In this document: positions 9,205-19,500 of the stretch, one piece after another
How positions within the stretch are numbered: position 1 is the stretch's first letter
How the letters are laid out: each line of letters starts with the position of its first letter
Assembly: GCA_029261055.1 (NCBI GenBank)
Contig: JAJDCA010000068.1
Span: forward strand, 5,275-69,274
Reading direction: 5' to 3'
Source of the DNA: Candidatus Omnitrophota bacterium
Lineage (GTDB): Bacteria; Omnitrophota; Gorgyraeia; Zapsychrales; Zapsychraceae
Length of the DNA: 64,000 bases
Translations under genes and position numbers: made by a program
Notes under the pieces: model-generated
Seen by the model: the letters and a program-made list of their open reading frames with translations, nothing else
Database searches by the model: none
Told to the model about the DNA's origin: nothing

Positions 9205-9229
9205 AATTGTCCAAATTCTTTGGACAATT
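9205..9229. promoter_or_regulatory. Perfect palindrome AATTGTCCAAA-TTC-TTTGGACAATT in the purC-purL intergenic region (possible operator or RNA hairpin)
   Basis: 11-bp arms with a 3-nt spacer, ~25 nt upstream of the purS/L start codon. Confidence 0.4.
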
Positions 9230-9231
9230 TC

Positions 9232-9936
9232 TTACTTACTTACTCTATTCAAAACTTCTTGGTAGGCCTCTTCGATATCGCCCATATCATGTCGAAAACG
9301 GTCTTTATCCAATTTCTTGCCTGTCCCAGCTTCCCAGATGCGACAAGTATCCGGTGAAATTTCATCTGCTAAAATAATCTCACCCTTACATCGTCCAAAT
9401 TCTATTTTAAAATCAACCAAATCCAAATTCAATTTAGCAAAAAACTGCTTCATCAATGCGTTAATTTTAAACGTGTAATTCTTAATAACTTCAAGTTCTT
9501 CCGGGGTGGCTAAATTAAGAACCTGAATGTGATATTCATTCATCAAAGGGTCATTAAATTCATCACATTTGTAACAATATTCCAAAACCGGTGAAGAAAG
9601 CTCAACACCTTGTTCAGCTCCATAATTCCTACAAAAAGATCCCGCGGCTTTATTACGAATAATGACTTCAATCGGAACAATTTCCACCTTCTTAACAAGC
9701 ATCTCACGATCACTTAAATGCTTTTCAAAATGGGAAGGCACGCCCTCACTTTTAAGATACTCAAAAATTTTAGTAGAAATTTTATTGTTGAATACCCCTT
9801 TATTCTCGATCGTCCCTTTTTTGGCAGCATTAAAAGCCGTCGCGTCATCTTTAAAATACTGGATGACAAAATCAGGATCATTTGTGTTGTAAAGAATCTT
9901 TGCTTTTCCTTCGTAAATTTGGCCTTTTTTTTCCAT
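9232..9936 (-). CDS. purC: Phosphoribosylaminoimidazole-succinocarboxamide synthase (SAICAR synthetase)
   Basis: 234-aa ORF; MEKKGQIYEGKAKILY... is the PurC signature. Confidence 0.9.
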   Translation of the reverse strand: MEKKGQIYEGKAKILYNTNDPDFVIQYFKDDATAFNAAKKGTIENKGVFNNKISTKIFEYLKSEGVPSHFEKHLSDREMLVKKVEIVPIEVIIRNKAAGSFCRNYGAEQGVELSSPVLEYCYKCDEFNDPLMNEYHIQVLNLATPEELEVIKNYTFKINALMKQFFAKLNLDLVDFKIEFGRCKGEIILADEISPDTCRIWEAGTGKKLDKDRFRHDMGDIEEAYQEVLNRVSK

Positions 9937-11231
9937 TATTTTAATCCTATTTTTTTGAAAACTTTTTCCACATGACGCGTGTAATAGCGAATGTCAAAAC
10001 AAGCGTCGATTTCATTAGGTTTAAGATATTTTCTCACTTTTCTATCTCTGTAGAGAATATCTTTAAAATCTGACGTTTCTTGCCAAACCTGCATAGCACA
10101 ACGCTGAATAATATCATACGCAGCCTCACGAGCAACACCTTTTTTCATCAATTCTAAAAGGACTCTTTGCGAATAAATCAGCCCCTTAGTCCTGCTGAGA
10201 TTAGTGATCATATTTTTAGGATAAACCAAAAGCCCGTCCATGATGGATGTCATTTTGTGAAACATGTAATCGAGGGCAATCGCACTATCCGGCAAAATAA
10301 TCCTTTCTACTGAAGAGTGACTAATATCTCTTTCATGCCACAAAGTCATATTTTCAAATGCGGCCTGCGCATTAGCTCTTAACAAACGTGACATCCCGGT
10401 AACACGCTCACAAACAACAGGGTTGCGCTTATGCGGCATAGCTGAAGAACCGATTTGTCCTTTAAAAAATGGCTCTTCCACTTCTAAAACTTCTGTCTTT
10501 TGTAAAAGACGAATTTCCGTAGCAATTTTAGTAAGGCTGCCACCAATAAGGGCAAGTGTCGTTACAAACTGACAATGATGATCTCTTTGAATAATTTGCG
10601 TGGCAATATTAATCGGCTTCAACTCTAATTTTTCACACACATATTCCTCTACAGAAGGATCAATATTGGCAAACGTGCCGACAGCACCGGATAATTTACC
10701 GAAACGCATCATTTCTTTGGCCTGCTCCAAGCGTTCAGCATTACGTTTCATTTCATCATACCAAACACCTATTTTTAAACCAAATGTGGTGGGTTCTGCA
10801 TGCACACCATGTGTACGGGCGATACAGGTCGTATCTTTGTACTTTTTTGCTTTTTGTTTCAGAACCTGTAGAAATTTTTTAATATCGGCGAGAAGAAGAT
10901 CACTTGCTTCAACACATTGAACGGAAAGAGATGTATCCAAAAGATCCGAAGATGTTAGCCCCATATGTAGATATCTGGCCTCTGGCCCCAAATATTGACC
11001 AACATTATTAATAAACGCAACGATGTCGTGTTTTGTTTTCTCTTCTATTTTTTTAACTTCATCAATGTCAAATTTGGCATTCTTTTTAATTTTCTCCATC
11101 GCCTTTTTAGGAATAACGCCTAACTTGCACATAGCTTCACAAGCCAAAACCTCAATCTTGAGCATAATTTCCATCCTATGCTTCTCAGACCACACATCGC
11201 CCATTTTCGATAAAGTGTAACGATCAATCAT
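9936..11231 (-). CDS. purB: Adenylosuccinate lyase
   Basis: 431 aa; fumarate-lyase family with the ...GSSAMPHKRNP... signature. First gene of the minus-strand pur operon. Confidence 0.92.
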   Translation of the reverse strand: MIDRYTLSKMGDVWSEKHRMEIMLKIEVLACEAMCKLGVIPKKAMEKIKKNAKFDIDEVKKIEEKTKHDIVAFINNVGQYLGPEARYLHMGLTSSDLLDTSLSVQCVEASDLLLADIKKFLQVLKQKAKKYKDTTCIARTHGVHAEPTTFGLKIGVWYDEMKRNAERLEQAKEMMRFGKLSGAVGTFANIDPSVEEYVCEKLELKPINIATQIIQRDHHCQFVTTLALIGGSLTKIATEIRLLQKTEVLEVEEPFFKGQIGSSAMPHKRNPVVCERVTGMSRLLRANAQAAFENMTLWHERDISHSSVERIILPDSAIALDYMFHKMTSIMDGLLVYPKNMITNLSRTKGLIYSQRVLLELMKKGVAREAAYDIIQRCAMQVWQETSDFKDILYRDRKVRKYLKPNEIDACFDIRYYTRHVEKVFKKIGLK

Positions 11232-11280
11232 ATTATTGACTCCTCGCGTGAAAGATTAAAAAAATAAGTGAAACGCGGAT

Positions 11281-11309
11281 AATATATCAGAAAAGATTTA
11301 TGCGGTCAA
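11281..11309 (-). promoter_or_regulatory. Sigma70-like promoter upstream of purB (TTGACC-N17-TATATT)
   Basis: On the minus strand, ttgaccgcataaatcttttctgatatatt. The -35 is at 11309-11304 and the -10 at 11286-11281. A GAGGAG RBS sits 6 nt before the purB ATG. Confidence 0.5.
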
Positions 11310-11411
11310 TGGAAATTAACGTAATTACAGCAATTTTCTCAGAAAAATGAATATAACCTATTGTTAATACTTAGGATACATTCTTAAAAAATTTATTCTA
11401 CCTAATGAATT

Positions 11412-11476
11412 CAAGCAAAGCTGGGGGGAGTTGGGCGGGGGTGATGTAGATTTTAACTAAATAGAATACCATTTTT
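11412..11476. repeat. Copy R4 (partial) of the giant-gene 3'-terminal repeat
   Basis: caagcaaagctggggggagttgggcgggggtgatg matches the core of 13437-13490. It is followed by atagaataccattttt, the tail motif shared with 11973-11990 and 12722-12738. Confidence 0.8.
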
Positions 11477-11687
11477 CAATAGTAATCTTCTTTCCTAAAA
11501 TAAGTTCAATTTCATGAAGCATCATTTTTAATTGTGGAACGGAATATTCATGATTGGAAGGAATCGCGAGACGATACCCTTGCTTCACCATAAAATGGTG
11601 ACGCGTGCCAGCAAAAGGCCCGTCAAATCCAAGCTTGCGTAAACGGCGAAGGAAATCTTTTCTCTTACACGGAGACCATCGAGTCAC
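11457..11687 (-). CDS. hicA: HicA-family mRNA interferase toxin
   Basis: 76 aa; KRKDFLRRLRKLGFDGPFAGTRHHFMVK...SVPQLKMMLHEIEL fits the HicA pattern. Confidence 0.65.
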   Translation of the reverse strand: MTRWSPCKRKDFLRRLRKLGFDGPFAGTRHHFMVKQGYRLAIPSNHEYSVPQLKMMLHEIELILGKKITIEKWYSI

Positions 11688-11931
11688 GACGCGGCTTTCT
11701 ATTAAGATTAAGTTTATTTAAGACAGGCAACTTGTGCCCTAATTTAAGACCGACAATAATCCAATCTTCTAGGATAGATCGTAATTCAGCTTCACATTGC
11801 GTCAACGATTTAGCAAAAGCAATCACACCTTTACATTTTGGTATGCGCCCCACAAATGAATTATCTTCCAGCTTATCATATTCAGCACGCGCTAATGCAT
11901 GCTGAATGTAATTAGTTAACATAAATTTCAT
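11665..11931 (-). CDS. hicB: HicB-family antitoxin (UPF0150)
   Basis: EDNSFVGRIPKCKGVIAFAKSLTQCEAELRSILEDWI matches the HicB/UPF0150 core. The likely start is MKFMLTNY (11931), inside the 11961 ORF. Confidence 0.6.
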   Translation of the reverse strand: MKFMLTNYIQHALARAEYDKLEDNSFVGRIPKCKGVIAFAKSLTQCEAELRSILEDWIIVGLKLGHKLPVLNKLNLNRKPRRDSMVSV

Positions 11932-11967
11932 ATGCCCCCCTTTTTTTCTAAACCATACCATGTTATC

Positions 11968-12080
11968 TATTTTAAGAATACCATTTTTTTCTCTACTTCG
12001 CTATATTTTCTATTTCTTCGACAAGGTCAATTGAAGCAAAGCCGGGGGGAGCTGGGCGGGGGTGATATTGAGGATGACGG
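11968..12080. repeat. Copy R3 of the giant-gene 3'-terminal repeat (tail + stop codon + core)
   Basis: ttcttcgacaaggtcaattgaagcaaagccggggggagctgggcgggggtgatattgaggatgacgg. On the minus strand it encodes ...SVILNITPAQLPPALLQLTLSKK*. Confidence 0.85.
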
Positions 12081-12095
12081 AATCAATATAATTTT

Positions 12096-12338
12096 TTAAC
12101 GATTTATTTTCTCATACAAAGTTTCCGGGGCAATATCAACACCATTAGGCCATGTAATTGTACCACCGTCGATAACCGCCTGCTTAAAAAAACGTAAATC
12201 ACGCAATGCCTCAAAAACAGGGCCCTTCTCTAAATATGCAGAAAAATCCACCTCTCCCTCTGACCCATCATCAAATACAATACGAAAAACATAATCCTTT
12301 TCATACTGTATTTTTTTTACCTCATTCATATTCCACAT
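12096..12338 (-). CDS. DUF2442 domain protein (partner of DUF4160; TA-like pair)
   Basis: 80 aa; [18 protein letters not shown] is a DUF2442-type C-terminus. Confidence 0.6.
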   Translation of the reverse strand: MWNMNEVKKIQYEKDYVFRIVFDDGSEGEVDFSAYLEKGPVFEALRDLRFFKQAVIDGGTITWPNGVDIAPETLYEKINR

Positions 12339-12346
12339 AATTCACC

Positions 12347-12607
12347 TCATGTTAATGGCTCAATTTTCTTAAGTTCTTTACCTGCCCTCGCAAATTCCCA
12401 ATCTTCAATAAGCTCTTTCTGATGGAGGTCTATCCACTCTCTAATTAATTTCCTCGCTGTTTTTGAATCTATACTTCCCCTCGTTACGTTCCCATTAAAA
12501 TCAAAAACTGCTTTATCATCTTGGTACTCAGCATGTAAATGCGGAGGATTGTGTTCATCGTAATACATTCTTATCAAAATTCCAAAAAACCTAGATACGA
12601 TTGGCAT
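12347..12607 (-). CDS. DUF4160 domain protein
   Basis: MPIVSRFFGILIRMYYDEHNPPHLHAEYQ is a DUF4160 hallmark. The start is at the internal Met, preceded by an AAAGGA RBS. Confidence 0.65.
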   Translation of the reverse strand: MPIVSRFFGILIRMYYDEHNPPHLHAEYQDDKAVFDFNGNVTRGSIDSKTARKLIREWIDLHQKELIEDWEFARAGKELKKIEPLT

Positions 12608-12712
12608 TAAAATTCCTTTCTTTAGTAATTTATAGTATTCGCAAATTAAATTCGTTAATTTTGAAATAGCCATCAGTGTCGATTCAAGGTGACCTAAAAA
12701 TCTACGTATTTG

Positions 12713-12871
12713 TTTTGCGAATACTATATTTAAAGAATACCATTTTTTTCCTCATCGCGCTATATTTTCTATTTCTTCAACAAGGTCAATTGAAGCAAAG
12801 CCGGGGGGAGTTGGGCGGGGGTGATGTTGAGGATGACGGAGACAAGGCCAGGGAAGTTGCCGGTTTGGATG
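12713..12871. repeat. Copy R2 of the giant-gene 3'-terminal repeat (tail + stop + ~114-nt core)
   Basis: About 90% identical to 13425-13540. On the minus strand it encodes ...IQTGNFPGLVSVILNITPAQLPPALLQLTLLKK*, in frame directly after the DUF2442 stop codon. Confidence 0.9.
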
Positions 12872-13105
12872 TCAGGTATTTGCGGCTTTGTAAAGACCAT
12901 CAATGGATAAGTCCTCATCCACATCCGGCCAATGAATGCCGTATCCTGACGGGCTTACACAATAATTTTGTTTCTGCGCTAAACTTGCGGTGGTTAGTCT
13001 TTTTGAAACCTGAGAAATATCAATAGCATATTCTTTACCATCAATTTGCAACATCATGATATTTTCTTTAAAAAAAACATTTTTGACATTATGCATCTTA
13101 TTCAT
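12872..13105 (-). CDS. DUF2442 domain protein
   Basis: GYGIHWPDVDEDLSIDGLY is a DUF2442 motif. Start uncertain (MNKMHNV... or MHNV...); the full ORF runs to 13159. Confidence 0.6.
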   Translation of the reverse strand: MNKMHNVKNVFFKENIMMLQIDGKEYAIDISQVSKRLTTASLAQKQNYCVSPSGYGIHWPDVDEDLSIDGLYKAANT

Positions 13106-13355
13106 CTTTTCCTCCCATAAATTCATCCCACTGAGCCACAATGTAATCAAAATGATCAAATATAATTTTCCTAATACTTCTTTTATCTTGTGGACTCATA
13201 TTGTATCCATAGGCTTCACGAATTTCATAAATATCAACATCAAGCCAATACTTACACTCAGACTCTGCTTTTTTACAATGAATGTGTATCGGCTCATTAC
13301 CCTCATTAGAATAAAAATAAAGCCGCCACCCCATTATGACTAAAATTGTCGGCAT
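13098..13355 (-). CDS. DUF4160 domain protein
   Basis: MPTILVIMGWRLYFYSNEGNEPIHIHCKK. Internal Met start with an AGGAGA RBS. Confidence 0.65.
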   Translation of the reverse strand: MPTILVIMGWRLYFYSNEGNEPIHIHCKKAESECKYWLDVDIYEIREAYGYNMSPQDKRSIRKIIFDHFDYIVAQWDEFMGGKDE

Positions 13356-13424
13356 GTGCATTTCTCCTTTCGCTAAAAAGGATGCCATATTTTTACATAT
13401 TGGTCAAGGAGGATTTGCATGTGC

Positions 13425-13540
13425 TTATTTCTTCGACAAGGTCAATTGAAGCAAAGCCGGGGGGAGTTGGGCGGGGGTGATGTTGAGGATGACAGGGACG
13501 AGGCCGGGGAAGTTACCGGTTTGAATGTCACGCATCTGTT
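13425..13540. repeat. R1: the 3' terminus of the giant gene, the master copy of repeats R2-R5
   Basis: Encodes ...MRDIQTGNFPGLVPVILNITPAQLPPALLQLTLSKK*. Near-identical copies lie at 12758-12871, 12011-12080 and 11412-11448; a diverged copy lies at 37321-37385. Confidence 0.9.
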
Positions 13541-16500
13541 GCTGCAGCATGGCTGGGTCCAGGTTTAGCTCTAAACCTTGCCCCTGAATCTGCATGTCCA
13601 TGCCTTGCGGGTCCAAGTTGATTCCACCGAGAGATGCCTTCGTCTTTTGATTCAGCATGGCGTTGTCTACATTTTTTAATTTTTCTTCCAAGCGCGATAA
13701 TGTCGCTTCATAATCTACTATTGATGAATTAGCTTCCATTCTAGCATCTTTACTCTTTATTGACCCATCATCTGGCATTGCTTTAAAATAATCCTTATTT
13801 TCTTGAAGCACCTTTTTAATTCCCTCAATTTCCGCCATAATTCTTTGTTTCTCCTCAAGACTTTTAAGCACTTTTTGTACAGCGGCTATCCTTGCGTCCT
13901 TTTCTACCGAAGATGCTCCTACTTCTTTTAAAGCCTTTGATTCTAATAGTTTATCTAACTTAGAATCATCGGTTAACATCGTTCGAAGAATTTTTATTTG
14001 CTCATCAATATTTTCATCCATTATTGTATCTTTTGGCAATTGCCCTTTAAGAACACCTATGGATGAATCTAAAATCAGCGTTCTCATAGATGAACGCGTG
14101 TCAATACTCACAGTTCCTCCATCGAGAGTCTTTCCTGTTACCATATCTTTTATTGTCTTCAGCACTTTTATGCTAACAATCGTTTCTGCTGTTTCTTGAT
14201 CAATAACTGACGTCTTTTGATTTTGCGTATTGTAATTTTCCTTATCGACAACTTTACTGTCTGACGCTTCCCGCCTTTTGCGCAGATCCTCCGACAATGT
14301 AGCGATGGCTTGATCCAATGTCGCAATTTCCTGATCCAGTTTCACGGACTCTGTAAGGTCGTCCTTCGCAGCAACCCGAGTCTTTCGCTTCTCTATCCGC
14401 TCCTCCATCGCCTGAACCCATTGTTTGGACAGATCAGATATTTCATCATCAACACCCTTCGAAACTTCTAATTGCTTATCTAACTCTATAGGATCCGCCC
14501 CTTGAGCTTTTAATGCCGCAAGCTCTGCTGTCCAATCATGAATATCTTTATTGGCCATGGCTTTCTTGGTTACTACAGCCAACTCACCCACTGTCAATGT
14601 ATACCCATCCCTTTCTTTTATTTTTGACTTAATTTTTGTCTCAAGTTCTTTTATTTTAAGCGTGCCGGCTTGTGTATTTGGCGCATCTTTTTGGTTCGAG
14701 GCCTTCGCCTCAAACGCGGCCTTTTCTTGCGCCAGCAACCCATCGATCTCCTTTTCTCTCTGATTCCATTCATCCTCAATCTCCATCCATTGGGCCGTCT
14801 CTTTTTTAAGGGCCTCGATTTTGACGGGGCGGTCGTTGTCCACCACGTCATCGCCGCCATCTAACGGCTCTGCGATTTGGCGTATATGGGCGTATTTGAC
14901 CTTGCCGTTTTCATCTTTATACATCTCTGCTGCCTCCAGACGATCCGGAGAAAACTCAAGGTCATAAGCTTTTATCTTAGTGTTTTTCTTAAATGAATTG
15001 TCAATTAATGTATGCACACTATTGCTAACTTCCTCGACTCCCCTTCCATCACCTTTTATAAACCCCACCCTTACACCTGCATTTATAATATGATGGCTAT
15101 TGGGTAAAAATTTTGCCACCTGACCATCCGCTGTCTCAAGGATGTCAATTTTCTTCCAATCGTTATCTCCAACCTTATCCTCCCATACAGTTCTATTAAA
15201 AGATGTCGTCACAATAATCATCTTCCCATCTTGGGACAACTCCAAATTCTTTACCTCTCTATTACCGGAATCAAATCCTTTATTATCAATAACGTTTCCA
15301 TCTTTGTCATGAAAATTAACGAATCCACTTTCCATGCCTGTTAAAATAAATTCACCATCTTTTGTAAACCTTGTAAAACTTGCATTGCCGCTTAAAAACT
15401 TACCTTTACCCGTAGTCATATCAAATAGATATTGCTTACCTTTTTCCGTCAATAGCACTACCTTGGTCGAATCTGAATTAATGTCGATGCTTTCGACTTT
15501 TTCTTCTAACCTCTTCCCGTTCACTTTAAATTCCTTTATCTCTTTGCTTTCATCCACAGGCACAATGCCTTGAAAATTGTCCGCAATAATCACTGACTTT
15601 TCACCATCCGGCGCGTCAACAATAAAACTTTTTTCGGGGTTAATTTGAATAGCGTTTGTAAATAATGGACGAGAACCCACATCATCTGGCAAAACATCAA
15701 CCCACTGCATAGAAGATTCACCACCAATCCATAAAATACGGCCATCCCCGGATAATTTCACCACAACATTTTCTACTCCGGCAGGAAAACTTAATAACTC
15801 TTCATCGGCTCCTTTAGCCGTATCGCGCACACGCCAATGTGGCGGCTTCCCCTGCCTATCCTCTCGCGTCAAAACAATCCTTCGCTTGACCGGAGGAGCC
15901 CCCTTCTTGCTACCATCCATCAGCCACGCAACCTGCACAATTTCCTCGTTATCTGGGGCCGTATACGGCTGAATCACCGTCATATCCTTCGCCGCTAAAA
16001 CCTTGACGGCGCGGGGTTGGCCGGTGGACATAAACTTAGCCACAGGCCAGACGGTTAAACCGCTCTTCATATGCGCCATGACGCGCAGAGGACCTTCGGT
16101 TGAAAATTCCAGTTTGGGCACGACATCTTTATCCACATTTTTCAAAGCATCTGGCGCCGGTAGCTCTATGCGCTGTTTTGTATCCATATTCTCCAGCCAA
16201 TATTTACCTTTACCATCCACGACAGCTAAATAAATCCCATCCGAAGACAACGCCAACGCCTTAACACCATCTTCAAACGGATCTGCTTCTCCTTTAAAAT
16301 CTCCTGTTTGCGCATACCACCAGCGCACAATGCCATCTTTTTTACTTACTGTCGCCACCCTGGTGCTGTCTAGCGAGTAGACCGGCCCTACATTCGCACT
16401 TGTATTTTTTTCTAACTCCTTCAAAGGTCTTTCATTATTAACATCCCACAACTTCGAAACCCCACCATCCTTATCCAAAATAACTATCCATTTATTATTC

Positions 16501-19500
16501 GGAGAAATTCTGGGCTGGACTTCGATTTTCAAACCTGTTTCTAACTTGGCTAACTGTAATAACGATATCTTTATCTTATCCACCGTTTGTTCGATTATAA
16601 CATCCCACACACTCACACCACCCTCCATATCAGTGGCTACTATTTTCTTAGATTCATATGCTCCAATATCTGGATATAATATCGGGTTAACAGGAACAAG
16701 CTTACTATCAGACCATTTTTTTGTAATATCATACACTTCAATTGCTTGACTAAAATATGTTATGATCACTTGATTGCTATCAGAAGAAAACCTTGCCTGT
16801 GATGGATTATCTGCCCCTAAATCTATGCTCGATTCAATATCGTTAAAATTCCACAACATCACACCAAAATCATGACCTGCCAACATTTTGGTTTCATCGT
16901 CAGAAATTTCAATCCATCTTACTTTAGAATACAATAATCTATCCAACAGGACTAATTCTCCATTACTTTCCACATCACGTATGTGCACCTTCCAAGTATC
17001 CTTGTCCATGATATTTGGATTGCCAGCACTTGGTTTCCCCGCGATAAATTCCTGCGTCACTACCTTACGTCCTTTCCAAAGATAAGCAATAACCTCCTCC
17101 CCCTCTGGCGGCGTATAATTCACAGGCATCCTCCTGTCTATCGCCCCTTTCTGCAAACCCTCTGCCTTTTGAGCATCCACCTCCGCCTGCACGGCAGCTT
17201 CGCTTTCTTCTTGTTTGCTCAAAGCCCGCTCACCTTCAACCAAAGATTCTTTTTTCTTTGTGAGGAAATCTTTTCGTGCCTCCCAATATTCACGCTCATA
17301 TTTTTGCAGCATGGCAGAATCTTGTTTTCTTAACTCTTCCTCTAATTTTTTCCTTTCTAACTCAAAAACTCTTTTTGTATCTCTTGAACCTTCACGTAAT
17401 TTCTCAAGACGTTCTATTTCACTTAAACTTGCTGAAGTTGCAATTTTTGCCAGTTTTGTTTCAAAATTCTCAACATTCCTCTGCTGTTCTGCAATTAATC
17501 CCTCAAGTTCCAAAATCCTTTTTCGAAGCCAATCCTTATTAGAAATATTACTATCAACCACGTCCTCTTCAGATTCATCTATCCCCAACATTTTATTAGC
17601 TTTTTCCAGCTCCGGATCCACCTCACTCACACCCTTTTTATAATCTGCCCTCGTCCTTCTCTGCACCCCTCTCAACTTTCGTAAGCCTGCTTCCAAATTA
17701 GTAATTTTTTTATCTATTTCCTCCTTCTCTTGATCCAGCTCCTCAACTAAAGCAGGTTTATTCCCCACGACCGCCCGGACCTTTACATTCCCTATCCGCT
17801 CTTTGATCGCCTGCACCAATTGTTTGGACAAGGACAGCATCTTTTTAAAGTTCTTGTCTTTGCCTTCCGGAATTTTTACTGGCTGATCTAAATCATTTGG
17901 ATTAAGACTTTCAATTTTGCCGACGCTAAACACCTGCTGTTTGCTTCCTTCTTTATTCCGCACCATTACCTGAAGCCTATCTGGATAAAACTGAATTTCT
18001 TCCGGATTAAATTTTATGTAACTCCAATTTGCTACTTCCCCTGTTTTAAAATTCCTCATGATAATAAGCGTAGTCGCACTGGGCGTATGGCTGCCAATAC
18101 TCAAAAAATGTTCATTGTCCGGCAAAAAATACCCGAACTTATTAACCATGTGCTTAAACTCTTCCCACGCCTTGGAATCTTGTTTTATCTTTTCACCTGT
18201 TTGCGCATCCCGTAATACCAATTTTCCATTTTCGTCTATGATTAGTAAAGTATCTTCGTCTGGGGATAAATCTGTGAACTTTGCTTCTTCCCATATGCCA
18301 AATCTACTTGGTTCTGCACCATTAATATTCCGTATCCACACCGGATACCCATCATCAGATTTACTTTTTTTAATGCTAATCACATTATTCCCGTCAGAAG
18401 ATAGCCTGGCTAAAGCAATCCCCTCCCTTCGAAAATCAGTTAATTCAATCCCTATTTCTGCTTCCATATTCCATACCCTTTGGGTATTCGATTCATCTAA
18501 CGTTAAAAGTGTTTTGTTATCTGAAGAAAGCTGTTTGTAGCGTATTTTGCCTTCTTGAGAAATTTGTGAAAATTTAGGACTTCCACTTTTTTCCCAGTGC
18601 CATGTTGTGACAATGCTTTTTTCTGTTTGACTACCTATGGGGCCCTTCCTTGATCCAATGACAATTTCTTTTCCATCGGATGAAAATGACAAGGAGGAAA
18701 TAAAACCGGTAACCTCAGTACTGTTTACAAAGGTACGCTTGGTATCATCTTCAACACTCCATACATCAACCTTATGATTTGTTGTTGATCCGGATTTTAA
18801 CGCTATTTTTGTTCCATCAGGGGACAACCGAACAACATTTTTTTCTAAAGTATCAAATTTGGGAAAAAGCTCTTTATTATCTTTCGTATCTCGAACCCTC
18901 CACTCATAAGCCTTAATAATATCTTGTGTATTAAGATCAGCTAGCTCAATTTCTTTCCACGTCAAAGCCCTCTCGCTCTCTGGCCAATAATCCACAATCG
19001 TCTCTCCGGGTGGCGCTTCATAGGCGGGGTTGATGGGAGACAGTTTAGGCGTGCCGTCCGGTTGATCTTGTTCATTTTGTTCAGCTGCTTGAACTTTTAA
19101 CGCCTCAAGTTCTTTTATTTTAGCAAGTGTGTTCGCGTCTCCCTGCGTCTCTTCCTCGGCTGATTCTTTAGGCGCCTCGCGATCAACCTTCTTTTGTATT
19201 TTCACTAATTCTGCGTCAATTCCTTTCGCCCGCGCATTTAATTCAATCTCCATCAACCGCCTTTGTTTTTCCTCTTCTTCAAGGGCCTTGATTTGGGCGG
19301 GGAGGTTATTGTCCGAGGGAGGCGCATCATCGTCAGTCGACTCTGCGATTTGGCGAATGAACACATGTTTTATTTCTCCATTTTCTGTGTATGTCTCGGC
19401 TTGTTCGAGATTGTCAGGAGAAAAAACAATGTCATCTTGAATTATTTCTCTCTTCTCATCCTTATCCTTTTTATATTCCTCCTCGAAAGGATAATCAACA

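Noticed and set aside
11232-11456. Purine riboswitch or PurBox upstream of purB
   Set aside because: Looked for a guanine-riboswitch-like conserved core in the ~40-nt 5' UTR and upstream. Only a sigma70-like promoter and an RBS are evident, and the leader is too short for an aptamer.
11412-13540. Diversity-generating retroelement (template repeat / variable repeat) explanation for the repeated giant-gene 3' end
   Set aside because: No reverse transcriptase gene in the window. Differences between R1 and R2/R3 are mixed transitions in both directions, not adenine-specific substitutions. The copies flank TA genes rather than an RT.
11412-13540. CRISPR array
   Set aside because: Repeats are ~60-160 bp and spaced ~600-700 bp apart with protein-coding genes between them. 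There are no short regular spacers and no cas genes.
11412-13540. Canonical integron
   Set aside because: No intI and no Pc/attI in the window. The repeats are direct sequence homologues rather than structurally conserved imperfect-palindrome attC sites. Only an integron-like analogy is proposed.
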